The notes: generated from the letters alone by a model not told the origin. A DNA stretch of 64,000 bases from Camelus ferus (GCF_009834535.1 NC_045697.1:74774001-74838000); one strand, 5' to 3'; counted from the first letter of the stretch, positions 41,213 to 55,022 are shown. Made by a program: numbers and translations.

Positions 41213-42939
41213 GAAATAATTGATAAAATTGAGAAGTTTTTATGGAGTATTGTGTACTACTGTACCCTAAAGTCTTAGAATAATATTTAGCTTGATAAAT
41301 GTTAAATAAATGGATTTTCTACTTATTTTTCCCTTAAATATGGTATCATCACTCATACCAAATTAAAGGAAACATGCCAAAAGGGAAAAAATCTTTTTAT
41401 TTTGGTTTATAAAAACACATTGGGGTTGAGGAGTCATACATGTTATTTAAAAATCAGTTAATCAAAAACCAAGAAGGTAATTCTATAGTCAAGTGTAACA
41501 GAAAAATATGTAGTACAAATGGTCATATAATTCAAAAATATTTTAAAAAGCCAAATTTTATTTTTTCTGGTTACACTTCTATACTACCAATAATTAGAAT
41601 TTTATTATAGCTTTTCCTATATCTTCTATCAGAAAAGCTTGAAAATAAAGATGGTATCTTCTGATGCATTCCCAACTACTGGAGAAATGGCTCTAAGTAA
41701 AATTTATAGATAATTAAATATTTTCATTGGTAACATGGAGAAAATTTAATTTTATTTCCTCTTAAGTTTTTGCTGGAATTATCAAGTTAATAAATGGAGA
41801 AATTTCACTCTTTTTTTCCCCTCTGAGTAGTCAGCCTGGTAATATCTAAACCCCCAAAGTTATTATTCTCATTGAATGAGTCTTTTCCTGATACCATTTG
41901 GCTTTTTACATTCCAAAAGTCGGACTTTCCACAATAACTTTCAGATTTTTAGAAGGTCTTAAAATGAATATGACTCTATTTCCTTTCTTAATCTAATTAT
42001 TCTTGGTTGAGTTGCCTGCTTTATTCGTAAAATATTGATTATTTTACAATATCCTAGGTAAAAAGAGTGTTTATGTATTACCATTAAAGTTCTTAAACTA
42101 GCTAGACTGAAGGTATGTGGTGAGGTAAGAGCACTTCAAACATTCCAATTTTCATTACAGCTTAGGTTCATGATATGATTTGTCAGACTATGTAATCAAG
42201 ATGTTTTTTTCCTTATGCAACATTGCTATGAATTAATAATTGTTTCCACCAAAACAATGATTTTATATACTTTGAGAATGCTTAGTTATTTCCACTATTC
42301 AAAAATGGTTCAAAAGAAAATCCTATTTACATTTAACTAATATGAAAGAAAATTACAGTTCATTGGTTAGTCATTTCTGAGAAATGATAATTTTGACCCT
42401 GTGTTATTGATGTTAGGTTAACTATTCTTTGTATTAAAATAATACATAACATTCTTTTGAAATTTTAATTTGTTGCTTAATGTCCATCAGTGATATAATT
42501 TTAAGAATTAAATTAAAACAAAACAAAAAACTTCTAGCCTATATCTCTCTCTTCTGAAAAATCAAAGATTTCTTTTTGCACAGTTGTCTTTGTCAAGATC
42601 TTCAAGACCTGGGACTATGTCTTGTTGCACAGTGTTAGCACGTATTGACCATGAAATAGATAGTTATAGATTGAATGCATCAGTAAATTAATGAATAAGT
42701 ACATTAATGAGAGTTTTTTTTTAAGTTGTCTCTGAACATCTTGATAGTCAAGACAAAAGGAAACATGGTAGGCTATAAAATTTTCAGTGCCTATTTTAGA
42801 AGAAAGAACATCAAGTCATATTTCTCCCCAGCCACTTTCAAATTTTGCTTAATTTTCTCCTCCCTTTCCAAGTCACTGGAACATGAGAATCTCCTATTCA
42901 AAGGTTATTCCGTTACAGACTAAGACCACATTGATTTAT

Positions 42940-43500
42940 ATTTTTGTTATACTGGCCTAACTGGTCTCCTTTCACTTTTGCGCTCCTGTGGTACATTTTC
43001 AGTATAGCAGGGATTAAGTTAAAACATAAACTGAATCACAGCATTCTTCAGATCAAAATCTTAAATGGCTTGTTCCTCACTCAAAAACACAAAAACAAAA
43101 ACCAACCCAAAACACCTTAGACCTTACAATGGTTTACAATCCCTGCCCTATTCCTTATCCTCTGTCCCCCATATCTCTTCTCTTTACCTAATTTCTTCCT
43201 GTTCTCTGCTAGCTCATTCTGCTCAATCACATTGGCCTCCTTCTTCAAACATGCTAAGCCAATCATTCCATCAGTTATGCTTTTTCTAAAGATATTCATG
43301 GATTTACTTCCCCACTCCCTTGAGGTTTCTGCTCAAATGTTACTTCACTTTTCAGGGTTTGTTTGTTTGTTTGTTTGTTTGTTTATTTACTTGACAACCT
43401 TATATAATATAGCAGCCCTCTCCCTTGTCAATCTCTATTCCACTTACCTTCTTTATTTTTTCCACATCAGTTACCACCATGTACTGAATGAAAGAATGAG
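42940..43500 (+). mobile_element. L2 fragment
   Basis: cctaactggtctcc...ccttacaatggtttacaa...cacattggcctcctt...tctgctcaaatgttactt...tgaatgaaagaatga. Confidence 0.75.
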
Positions 43501-43819
43501 TTTCTACATTTCAGCCATTTGGCCTTCTGCAATTGTATTTTTAACTCATTCTCCTTTCCATAAGTGTATTAAAACACTAAGATCTTTCCTATTTCTCACT
43601 GAGGACTCTGAAAATTTGTTCTAGTAGTAGCTTCATTGTAGCTATTTTAGTAGTGTGGTATAATATGTTGTTAGAAAAGATTAATAAGGCTTCAAGTACA
43701 TGGTATATGCCATTGATTTGGCACATGTATTGTTTTCTATTTTGATTGGAAGACAAGATCAAAAGAGTTTGCATTTATGTGAAGTTGACAAAATATTTTA
43801 TTTATGGTTTTCTTAAAAT

Positions 43820-45390
43820 ATTATCGTAAAATACTCCAAAGAGATCTGGATCACCCTGATGTTTCACAGAACACTGATTTATTACATTGACTATATATGC
43901 TGATTTGATAGGACGAACAAGAGATGGACAGTATGTTAGAGGCTTTAGGAGGGTATATATATATATCCTGCCACCTTGGTCAAGATTTTAGGGGTCTGAT
44001 GGTCAGGATCACACCAATATCCCCTCCAAAGTAAAGACAAATTGCTGCAATCTGTATCTTCTACAACGAGGAGCAAAATGTCTAGTGGACCTCTTTGCAT
44101 TCTTGAGATGACATAGTTTTCACATATAAATGTGGTTTGGACCATTTATCAGGTGATATAGAAGGCTGCCAGCTTTGAGTGGGACCAGGAGCAATACAGG
44201 CATCTGCAGTAGTCTAGGCTATGATCCAGTCAGTCCTGATGCCTGGGCCATGTAATCTGATGGACTCTGTGATCTTGGAAGTGTTAATGTTGTAAACAGA
44301 GGCAGTGTGGAGTTTATGGTGAGCCTCAGGTGGAGAATCACAATGCAGGTATCTGGGATTCTGGAGCAAGGCCATGTCATACACACACACAAACACGTGC
44401 GCGCACACACACACACACACACAGAGTTAAATGCCTTCTGAAAAGTATCTCCTGGCATGTTATTTGGCCCTGGTGGAGAGAGGATGCTTGACCATGACGT
44501 GCCAAGTGACTTGTGTCCAGAGCTGTCTATTATGAGCTGGGTGGTATCAGATCTACACAGTCATAAAGTGGGGTGTGTCCAGCAGCATTCTATTGATGGA
44601 ATGACATCATCTGGGATTAAATCACAGTAGGACCAGACATCATAAACACACTGCATGAGCATCCCAAACACTCTTATATCAATAAACTTACTATAGTTGC
44701 TCCAATGCTCTTCCCTTAGATCACATCTGTTTAGAAAGTCCTGTATGACTAAGTGAAGAAGGAGGAAGAAGCCTGAGCTTTGTTAATGGATAAGTCAGCT
44801 CAATATATGGGTGCCAGCTGGAAATGAATAGTGGCAGTGTTACAGCCTCATGGTTGGGGGTGGGTGGGTTTTAGTGGAGATAAAACCTTCCTGATGTGTG
44901 GGACTGTGGTACCACAGTTAGTGGTACATGGGGTCATTCGCTTTATGTGAAAGGAGAAGTTTCCTGAGGTCATTGGCTAATGGCCTGGCCAGCTGGCCAA
45001 GAACATAGAAGGAAAGTGACTGGAAGATTGAAGTTAAGAAAAGGCAGGCAGATGGACATATGAGAGTACTCAAGAGACATCTCTATATGTTGTTCTCTCA
45101 GTAAGGCTACATGAATCTGAGAACTAAAGCAGTGGAAGCAGCATGGCCTCGTTAATCATCACTCCCAATGACCCACGGGGGTACTTCGTGTTTTTCTCCT
45201 CTGCAGCTTTGTGAAGAAGGTCCTGGTCCCCAAAAGGGTTGCATTCTTGTGTAACACAGCATGAGTTTCTTGGAATTATAAGCTATGGCTCCCACCAGGG
45301 TACTTTAAATTCCTTATATTCAGAGATTAAAAGGCAAGAAGAGGAGTCATCATCTTGGTGGGAGTAATTGACCCTGGTCAGCAAAGCTAC
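43820..45390 (+). mobile_element. Decayed ERVL pol: RT, RNase H, integrase C-end, dUTPase
   Basis: Remnant peptides LIYYIDYI (YIDD site, 43883-94), KAASFEWDQEQ, GFWSKAM, ANGLASW..WKI, ITPNDP, and GVIILVGVIDPGQQ (45343-84). Many stops and frameshifts; (CA)n at ~44380-44423. Confidence 0.85.
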
Positions 45391-45394
45391 GTTG

Positions 45395-46550
45395 AGACCC
45401 CTTCAGTATCTAATCTTACTTTCCCTCTTAGCTATAACTAGGATTAAGTCATAACTGATGTGTTGGGCATAATAAGGGGTGTTCTGAGCCTTATAAAAGA
45501 AGGAGAGGGCTACACACTGGTTGAACCACAGGACCAGCCAACATGTATTGGCAGGAGAAAGGAAGAGCGGTACTAGACTTATGGCAGTAGATATACTAAG
45601 TATACTACACATAGTAAATATATGGTACTAGATTGTGAAGGTGCTAGATCAAAGGGTGTGGAACATAAGGGTAAGTAAGGGAGAGTTTATAGATATGGGA
45701 GTAAGCACTCTCACATGTATTTAGCACCCTGGCAAGGGTCCCAGAAAATTGTGTTAGCATGAAGTGAGAATGGTTCTTGGAAAAACTGATGGCCTACCCT
45801 AAGTGAAGCAGAAATAGAATAACTCCATAGTAGATGACAGAAAGGATTAAAAATCTTAGAAAAATGAATGTCTTGGTATGAATGTACTACTTAAGACTGA
45901 AAAATTCTCCACCCTGTCTATGTTCTGTGAGAGATCCCGGGAGACACTTGATATGGCAGAGTGGTAAGGATTGTGCTGGTGAGGTGGTGGTTGTTCTCTG
46001 TAAGCCAATGCTGACAGTAGGAAATGCTATTTCAGAACTGGGCTCCCAGACAGCCAAGGTGTGATAGGGTCCTAAAATTAGGGTGGCCATGTGGCAGCAT
46101 TTAACTGCTAGAAGCAATATATTAACAATTATAATAAGTGGCCAGGTTGGAGAAGCAGTCAGGGGACCTGATCCACAGAGAGGTGTGGAAATGGCTTATA
46201 GCATAATACATTCCTAGGGGCATGATGGACGGGCAGCCAACAAGGTCATTTCTCAATATATATAGTCAATAAAGTTGAGGATGGATGAGGCTAATGAGAG
46301 CCACTCAATAAAGATAAAAACATAACAATCCCTTGCTTATTTCTTGGCCTTAGCCAGGTTTCATAACTGACCCACTGAACGAAGAGAGGTCTCATCCCAC
46401 TAGGAAGAGTCCCATAATATCAAGACGAGTGAATATAGTGGTCACTCCCTAGTCCTGCCCCCCAAAAATGTGTGGTCATTTCACTGGGGAAAGGAGCTGT
46501 TGGCACAAGGCCCAAGTTTGTACTGATAACCTGGAGACCTGGAAGACCCC
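45395..46550 (+). mobile_element. Decayed ERVL gag and start of protease
   Basis: Remnants W.*IVKVLDQRVWNI, EFIDMG (45683-700), WPTLSEAEI (45790-), GHVAAFN, WKWL, DGQPT, HWGK, and a degenerate DTG..L.LIPGD region at ~46500-46540. Confidence 0.82.
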
Positions 46551-46569
46551 AAAAGAAATATTCAGAGTA

Positions 46570-46940
46570 GTGAGTGTTTTCCCCCTCTGGCTGTTTGAAG
46601 AGTTCTTTCTCTTTGTCTTTGGTTTTCATATATTTTTTTTCTGTAATGTACCTAGTTGTGATTTTTGTCTGCATATGTTTATTCTGCTTCAGGTGTTCAG
46701 TTTTACAGACATTTTACAATTTATTTATCAGTTTTGGATAGCTCCTGGCAGTTACCTTTTAAATTAATTCTATCCCATTCTTCCTCTCCTTTCTTGGAAC
46801 TTCAAGTAAATGTATATAATATATTAGTCTTAAAATTTTCCCATATCTCTTTGTGCCCTCTTCTGTATTTCCCATCCTTCTACTTTTTAGTGCTTCAGTA
46901 TACATATCTCCTGTTCTATCAGTTTAGTTGGCAAAATTTC
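46570..46940 (-). mobile_element. Old L1 ORF1 / HAL1-like fragment
   Basis: ccctctggctg...ttctctttgtctttggttttca...atgtacctagttgtgattttt, antisense ORF1 pattern. Confidence 0.6.
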
Positions 46941-47649
46941 CCATTTACAATTGTTTTTAGAACTTGTATATAGTAGGAACTCTATTGAATGAATGAAAAA
47001 AGGAAAAGGTTTGAGTATCATAAATCTATTTTTCCCTCATGTGATTGTGGTGATATTTGCTGATACTACTACTATTTTTACTTTTTAAAAGTTCTATTTC
47101 AAATTGTGCTACAAACCCCATATTTCAGATTTTTTTTTACCAGAAGCCCTAGTTACTATGCCCTAACAATGTACACTCTCTAATTTTAAATGAAAAATCC
47201 TGGGACACAAAACCTGAGTCTGAATAGAATTTTAATATAACCAACATATCAAAACTCTTCCCCCAAAAAAGCTTAGACTGATAACTGAAAAGTAATTTTA
47301 GGGCATCATGAATAAGCCAAACCTAAGAGTAAGAATTAAGCATGCAGAAAATAGAAAATAGATTACGTGATATCTATGTTAATAGCTCATATTTTCCATG
47401 ATAGACAGAACACCAGATAGTCTTGTTTAGCTGACAAAATTTTTGCCTTTGCCTGGCGTGCTGCCTTGCACATACTTGTGCACTAACCAAAACCAGGTTT
47501 AAGGCTTGGGTTATTGAACAGCTTGACAGAGCTGTTCCAGAAATACGGTTAAGTTAAACAGAGATACATCCTTTTACAAAAGTAGAAACAGAATGAAATA
47601 CAAAAAAAAAGCATATGCTTTCAGTTGGCTATCTAAGAGAAAGGGGAGT

Positions 47650-50628
47650 TTGGTAGGCTGAATAGTGGCTCCTAAACATATCCAGGTTCTAATCTCTGGA
47701 ACCTGTGAATGTTAGCTTATAATGCAAAAGAGACTTTGCAGTTGTGATTAAATTAAGGATTTTGAGATGAGAGATTATCCTAGATTATCTAAATGCAATC
47801 ACAAGTGTCCTTATAAGAAAGAGGCAAAGGAAAATTTGACACAGTAGAGAAGAAGATAATGTGACAGAAACTAAGGGAGGCAGAGCCAGAGAGAAATATA
47901 CTATAATGCTGAGTGTGAAGATGGAGGAAGGGGCAATGAGCCAATGCAAAGAATGCAGTTCTAAGGAAGCAGAATCAAGATGGCAGAGTAGAAGACCCTG
48001 AGCTCACCTCCCCACATGAACACAATAAAACTACAACTACGTGTAGAACATCTCTCTCTGAGAATGACCTGAAGACTAGCAAATCATCTCTTGTAGAACT
48101 AAAGATATAAAGAAAAGATCACACCAAGAAGGGTAGGAAGGGAAGAGAAATGATCTAGCCAAGACCCACACCTCCAGTGGGAGATCCAAAAGAGGAAGAG
48201 GATATCACAAATTTGGAGGTCCCACCTAGGGAGCCAGGGTTTTGAGCCCCACATTGGACACCCCAGCCCTGTAACCAGGAAGGTGAACCTCTATACTGGT
48301 TTTGAAGACCAGCAGGGCTTATGACCTGGAGAACCAGAAGGCTGTAGGAGAATGAGATTCCACTCTTAAAGGGCACGTGCACAAACTTACTCTCTCCAGT
48401 CCCAGTTGCACTTTAAATCACTCTTCCAGTGCAGAAGACACAGACTGAAAAGTGCCTGTGCTCTAACTTGCCTGCCAAGACTGTCCCAGCATGCCCTCCA
48501 AGCCTGCATAAAACTCTGGCTCCAGCCACCCCGTCCACCAAAGCAGGAGTCTTTGAGCACCCCAGAAGAAGCCCCAGCCCACATCAGCCTCCAGCTCTAG
48601 CACCCCTCAGCTGCAGCCCACCCCTGCCAAGGCAGCAGCCTGCAGCACACCCCAGAAGCCCTGGTCATGCTTGCGTCAGCTCCAGTCATCCTGCCAAAGC
48701 CACTAGACACATGCAGACTGCATAGGAGCCCTCCTACACAAGGACACATCTTTATGACTGGGATAGATAACTGTTTTGCGTAATTACAGAAACAGAGAAT
48801 GTCAAAGTGAGAAGACAGAGGAATATGTTTCATATGAATGTACAAGATAAAACTACTGGAAAAAAGACCCTAATGAAATGGAGATAAGTAATACTAAAAT
48901 GAAAAAACCTACAACCAGGGATACTCTACCCAGCAAGGTTATCATTCAGAATTGAAGGAGAAATAGAGTTTCCCAGATAACCAAAATCCAAAAGCATTCA
49001 TCACAACTAAGCCAGCCTTATAAGAAATGTTAAAAGGTCATCTTTAAGCAAAAAAGAAAAGGCCATAATACAAAATTTAAAATATATAAAGGAAAAAACT
49101 CAATGGTAAAAGCAAGCATATAGTAAAGGCAGTAGATTTACCACTTAAAAAGCTAGTATGAAAGTTAAAAGACAGAAGTCGTATAATTAAGTATAACTGT
49201 AATAAGTAGTTAAGAGACACACACAAAAATATAAAATATGACATCAAAAACAAAATTGGCAGGGAGAGTAAAAAACTGTAGAGTTTTGGAATGTGCTTGA
49301 ACTTAAATGAATATGAGCTTAAAACAAGTAAGTATATTTTTATAGATCAAAATATATAAACCTCATCTTAACCACTGAATAGAAGATATTTGCAAATGAT
49401 ATATCTGATAAGGGGTTAATATCCAAAAAAATACAAAGAAAAGCTCTTACAACTGAGCATCAAAAAACAACTGATCTAAATTTTAAAAGTGCAGAGGACC
49501 TAAATAGACATTTTTCTAAAGATGACATACAAAGATGGCCAACAGACACATGAAAAGATGCTCAACATTGCTTATCATCAGAGTTTGCAAATCTAAACAA
49601 GATACCACCTCACGCCTGTGAGAATGACTATCATCAAAAAGACAAGAAATAACAAGTGTTAGTGAGAATGTGGAAAAAAGGGAGTCCTAGTCTACCTGGT
49701 GGGATTGTAATTTGGCACAGCCACTATGGAAAACAATATTATAGGTCCTCAAAAAATTAAAAATAGGACTACCATAAGATCCAACAATTCCACTCCTGGA
49801 TATTTATCCAAAGAAAATGAAAATACTAATTCAAAAAGATATATGCATCTCAATGTTCATGGCAGCATTATTTACAATAGCCAAGACATGGAAGCAACCT
49901 AAGTGCCCACTGACAGATTAATGGATAGAGAAGTTACATATATGTAATGCAATATTACTCAGCTGTGGAAAAGAATAAAAGCTTGCCATTTGTGACAACA
50001 TGGATTGTATTATTCTTAGTGAAATAAGTCAGGCAGAAAGACGAATATTCCATGTTTTCACTTATATGTGGAATTAAAAAAAACCAAAACAAACAAATAC
50101 AGAGAAACAGATTCACAGATACCTGTATCTTTGGAAAAATGTAATGGTGGCCAGAGGGGTGTGAGTTGGGGAGACAGGAGATGGGTAGGACAGGTGAAGA
50201 AGATCAAGAGGTACAAATTGCCAGTTATAAAATAACTAAGTCACAGGGATGTAAGGTACAGCACAGGGAATGTAGTTTATAAATTTATAATAACTTTGTA
50301 TGGTGTGTAATCTATAAAAATATCAAATCATTATGTTGTATGCCTGAAGGTAAAATAATAATGTAAGTCAACTATACTTCAATTAAAAAAATTAAAAATA
50401 AATAAATTCCTTGTCTTAAGAAAATTATGCTGTTCTAGACATAGGAAAATGTAAGGAAAGGGATTCGACCCTAGCGCCTCACCTTGGCCCTGCCAGCACC
50501 TCGATTTTAGCCCTGTCAGAGTGCTTTTGGACTTAAGGCCTCCAGGACAATAAAAGATTAAATTTATTTTGGTTTAAGTCACTAACGTTGTGGTAATCTG
50601 TTACAGCAGCAATAGGAAACTACTATAA
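47650..50628 (+). mobile_element. MLT1D-like MaLR LTR split by L1 (47650-47963 and 50438-50628)
   Basis: ggtaggctgaatagtggctcc...ggaacctgtgaatgtta...gagattatcctagattatc; resumes ggccctgccagcacctcgatttt...tgtggtaatctgttacagcagcaataggaaacta. Confidence 0.88.
47964..50421 (+). mobile_element. Internally deleted L1 (L1MA-like, laurasiatherian) with 5' UTR, ORF1 ends, ORF2 end, 3' UTR, A-tail and TSD
   Basis: 5' aatcaagatggcagagtagaagaccctgagctcacctcc; ORF1 N-term RRQRNMF..QDK and C-term NLQPGILYPARLSFRIEGEI; ORF2 end from ~49375; A-rich tail ~50381-50406; TSD aaagaatgcagttcta / aaattatgctgttcta. Confidence 0.9.
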
Positions 50629-51633
50629 GGAGGTTCCTAACTATGCTAAACATTTTCTAAGAAAAGTTGTACCAATGTAATACATATTAATAAATAATAA
50701 TACATAAAACTTAGTGAAATGTTTTTCAAATATCTGTAAATTATAAAATCAGTATGGCCCAGGACCCCTCTAAACAAATGGTTCTTATTTAAATAGTCAT
50801 AAGCTTATCCCTTTCTTTTCCACATTCAACTAATAAGCAGAGACCTTGCTACTGATATCCATAATCCATTTTACTTGAAAATATTGTAGCTATAAAACTT
50901 AGAGCTGGAAATAACTGTGTCACTTCTCATGCATGAAACAGATCCTTGGAGAAGAGTAATGCAGGATTATTGAGGAAGAACAAACATTAGTTATATAATT
51001 TGTTTAATGATGGATGGTTCACTTTAAAATTCAGTCCAACTCCTAGAATCCTCTTCTATCAACTTTCTATTTGTTTTAGGAGATCAAATGTCACATGCAG
51101 ATGGAAGTACTAGGTAATGGTAATTTTATACTCATAAAACAAAAATAACTACTGTTAGAAAGTTGTAATATGACACAATGCGCTTTATAGAGATCTACAG
51201 AGCACCACTGATTACTTTAAACAGTAGTTAGGTCATTTTGACAACAAGTTATCCATTCAGTTATACAGTCATTCCTCATAGGGAAGTGTGCATTATGGAT
51301 CGTCAAGAGTAGCCTTTCTTTAGTAGCATTTCTAAGCTTATTTTATCCCAGAACCTCTTTTTTATGTAGCATTTCGTTGCACCAAGATTTTGAAGTGATA
51401 TCTTAAATGTAACCTATGCTGTTTTTAATATATATTTTAATAACATAAATATTTAATAATGTCTTTAATAATATTAATAATATCACATGTCTAACTTACT
51501 TGGCTATTCTTAGTTCCTTTTCTGTGTTATTTTGATATTTTCCAATGTTTCTTTTGTAGTCTTAGTCTCCCCACAAATTCTATTAATTTCATGGTGGGTT
51601 ATAGAATCTTTTTGATATGTTACAGATAGAAAT

Positions 51634-51634
<1 letters not shown>

Positions 51635-51673
<39 letters not shown>
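51635..51673 (+). repeat. (CT)n(CA)n compound microsatellite
   Basis: Direct reading. Confidence 0.92.
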
Positions 51674-51675
<2 letters not shown>

Positions 51676-51739
51676 ACACATGAATTCCTGCATTATTTAA
51701 TCAATGATATAAAATCTTTTCCATACAAGGGGCTTACTC

Positions 51740-52100
51740 AGAGCAGGTACCTAGATGCAGAATGCTGGATATATAATGAATTTGGAGAATAATGGAGATG
51801 TCAGGTCCAGAAATATAATTTTGGATATCATTTGTATTTGAATTTGGAGCCATAGGATTAAATGAAATTACCTAGGAAGGATGTATAAAAGACAGCAAGA
51901 AGATGTCTACTATTAAAGTCTTGAATCACAGCAGCATTTGGCTATTGGGCAGAGGTAGAGTCAGCAAAGAAGACTGAGCAGTTGTGAGCCCTGAGATTGG
52001 AGGAGAATTAGTAAAGTGTGGTGTTACAGCAGCCAAGAAATGAGTGTTATAAGAAATGTTTGGTTACTGTCTTGAATTCTGATGAGTTTAAGTAATATAA
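51740..52100 (-). mobile_element. L2 fragment
   Basis: gaaatataattttggatatcatt...ggattaaatgaaattacctagg...cagcaaagaagactgag...aagccaaga-like. Confidence 0.7.
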
Positions 52101-52127
52101 ACATATTTGACCATCTGGAGGTACTAC

Positions 52128-52478
52128 TGATTGTGGCAGAAACTGCTTTGTTATTTCCTTTTTTTCTCTCCCAGACTCACAAGTATACTTCATTTCCCAC
52201 CTTCCCTTGCATTTATATATGACCATGTAATTAAGTTCTATCCAAAGCAACTCTGCCACTAATGTTTCTGCTTCTCCACTTTCCAAATGAGTGAAGAGAG
52301 TTCTGGGGATCTGTAGAAGGATCCTGGGACCGTGAGTCCCAGGACTAGAGAGATTCAGGACTTTTGGCCAATAATCCTTCTCTGAGTTGCTGCATGAGCA
52401 ATAGACTTTTATTGTGTTAAACAGCTGGGATGTTGGGTCTGTTTGTTATTGTGTAGAACTTAACGTTAACTAATACAA
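52128..52478 (+). mobile_element. Old MaLR LTR (MLT1I/J-like)
   Basis: tgtggcaga...catttcccaccttcccttgca...gaccatgtaattaagttct...tattgtgttaa...ctgggatgttgggtctgtttgtta...aactaataca. Confidence 0.65.
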
Positions 52479-53100
52479 TCATCTTAACAGTACTAAACTA
52501 GTAGGAGTGATGGATCCTGAAGTCCGATTAGAGAAAGATGGATAGAGCATCCAAATGCATTTTTGAACACAGTTCTGATTGTTTACTATGTGGATGTGGC
52601 AACTTATAGTTAGCCATTTTGAATGCTTTAATTTTTCTATTGTTTGAAATAATGCATCTCCGAGAGTGGTCTAATCAAATATCAGCTAAACCAGATCTAC
52701 CAGTTATTTTCTCATATTTTCTCTTCCTCTTGACTAGTTTAAATGGTAAATCTGAAAAGTTAAAATGTCAAACATTTGGCCAGATGCTACAATAGTAAGC
52801 AATCTGCTCAGTAGTAAGCTCTCTAGCAAAGATCATCTCCCCAAATGGCCTGGGAGTCTATCAGGAGCAGAAGGCTTCCTGATACCAGCTAGCATATACA
52901 AACAAATTCCACATGGGATGACACCAAGAGAGCTTCTGTTGCTTCTTCTTCTACCGTGAAGAACATCATAAAATTCCCTCTTTTGTTCCCTAAGGTTCAG
53001 AATATTCTAAGTCTCACAAGAAGGGATGGGAGAAGAAAAGAAAAAAGGTTTCTCAACACATTTTTATGTAATAGAACTCAAAAGAAAAAGATAAGACCTA

Positions 53101-53327
53101 CTGTATTTCATTCATTCAGTGTAACTAAAATTGAGATGCCTCTTACATACTCAGTATAGTTAGAAAGCATTATGTCATAACTCAGTTGGCACCAATTTTT
53201 CTTTTTTTACTTGTAGCTTAAAATAATGGTCTTACAACAAATTAAGGGTGTTTTTTTTTCCTTTCTTATTTGTACATACAATGATTTATCTTACAATTAA
53301 CAATGTCTTTAATTTGATGAAATACAG
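53101..53327. mobile_element. TcMar-Tc2 MITE (MER104/Kanga-like)
   Basis: Terminal inverted repeats CTGTATTTCAT (53101-) and ATGAAATACAG (-53327); left flank TA, right flank TC (degenerate TA TSD). Confidence 0.65.
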
Positions 53328-55022
53328 TCATCACTGCATATTTGAAGATCAACAACCTGTCATTTTAATTTGCATAGTGAACAAAATTTGCAGGGCTATT
53401 TTTTTACTGCTCTAATTTGTACAAGCCAAATTTTTTTAACATTATGGTTTGTTTCAACATGGAGCAGACTTCTGCATGTTTGAATTTCTAGTATCTTTCC
53501 TACAACAGGGCAACCACTCCTGTGATTATTAAAATAGTATCATCATTAGTAATGAGGGTGGCATTTTGGCTTCCAAATCTGTCATGTTTATTTAAAAAAT
53601 GTCTTAATCAAGTCCTCACCCAGATCATTTAGTTCTTTTCCCCAAAAAGAAACAGATTTGCCATTGTTGTTTCCTAGAGAACTCATTTTGGTGTTTGACA
53701 ATGTGATGATGTGACAAAAAGGGACAGCAATCTTCTCAATGAATTTGAGATATTTGATTTTACTCAGATAGCTTTAAAACCAGTATTTCAAACCTTATGG
53801 TAAAGTAGGGTGGGATATTCCTGTTTTCCTACATTCTGTGTTCCGTTATGGCTACTGGGTCCATATGTGGTTTGAATCAGCATGGGGAAAGATGTTTTAT
53901 CCCAAACCAACTCTTTCATGCTTCAGCATTAAGAACTGAGATAAAGATGAATCACACCAACTTGCATTGAAGGTACATTCACAGTTTGGTTGTAAAGAAT
54001 GGCAGGCTAAATACCTTTTTGAACACTTGTATGCTCTCTATTTTGAACATGAGACAGTAAATCATTTCATTGAAAGATTAATTTGATTTCCCCAAAGTTA
54101 AACTGGTGACAAAACAAAATGTAACTAACTCATCATTTTTTGACTTCCTCCCAGCTCATCAACCAAACTTAAAAATCCAGGTCTTCTTTCATCTAAGGTA
54201 GAACTCGTGATCACCTACAATGACCACTATTAGCTTTAATCTTTTAGGAAGATCAAACAAAAATGATTATGGAGGAACAAACGTGAGAAATCAAATATAT
54301 CAGGAAATCTCTGGTGAAATGACATTTTGTGTAACAAGTGTTTCTAACTTGAAGGATGAGAATGGCAGCATGGCAGAATGGTTTAAAATGCTGATTGGAA
54401 AGAGGAAGTATTAACCCAAATTATTCAAATCTATTAAAAGTAGACTCATTTAGACTCAGTTTCATCCTATTTCATGGCTGGAGGAAAAAAAATCCTGCAT
54501 GTTTTATGTTAGTTATGGTTGCCTTAAAATGTTTTAGAATTTTGGCAGATTAATCTTTTTAAAAGTCCATGGGTTTGCAAAATTTAGTAAAACCAGTAAT
54601 TGAGAGGGGTAAAGAGAGTAGAGACAGGAAAAAGAGGAGACAGGATACAAGAACTGAAACACATGTCTGAGCTGTAAGCTTCAGAGACAAACAGATATCA
54701 TAATGAGGACAGGGCACCAAAAAAGGAAACTGCTTTGTGTCAAAAGTTTGCAAATTTAGTTCCAGATTAAAGAATCTAAATGTGTATTGACGTGAAAATT
54801 GAGTTTTGCATGAGAGGAACAACGGACCACTGACTGAAAGGCAAGCATAATCTTTCTTTTTCTGAAATAGATACTTAAAGAACATCATCACTTTAAAATA
54901 GAACAGAATGGAACAAATATTTTCACGCTGCTTAATGAATTATTTCTCATCACTGCTCAGTCAAATACACTTCTCCCTTTCAATAGACAACATGGAAGTG
55001 AACACATTTAGGGCATGTGCTA

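Noticed and set aside
45395..46550. Possible domesticated ERVL gag (Fv1-like restriction gene)
   Set aside because: Multiple in-frame stops and frameshifts; no long ORF remains.
47516..47537. Perfect 8-bp hairpin gaacagct-tgacag-agctgttc
   Set aside because: Too short to exceed chance expectation in 64 kb; no ncRNA context.
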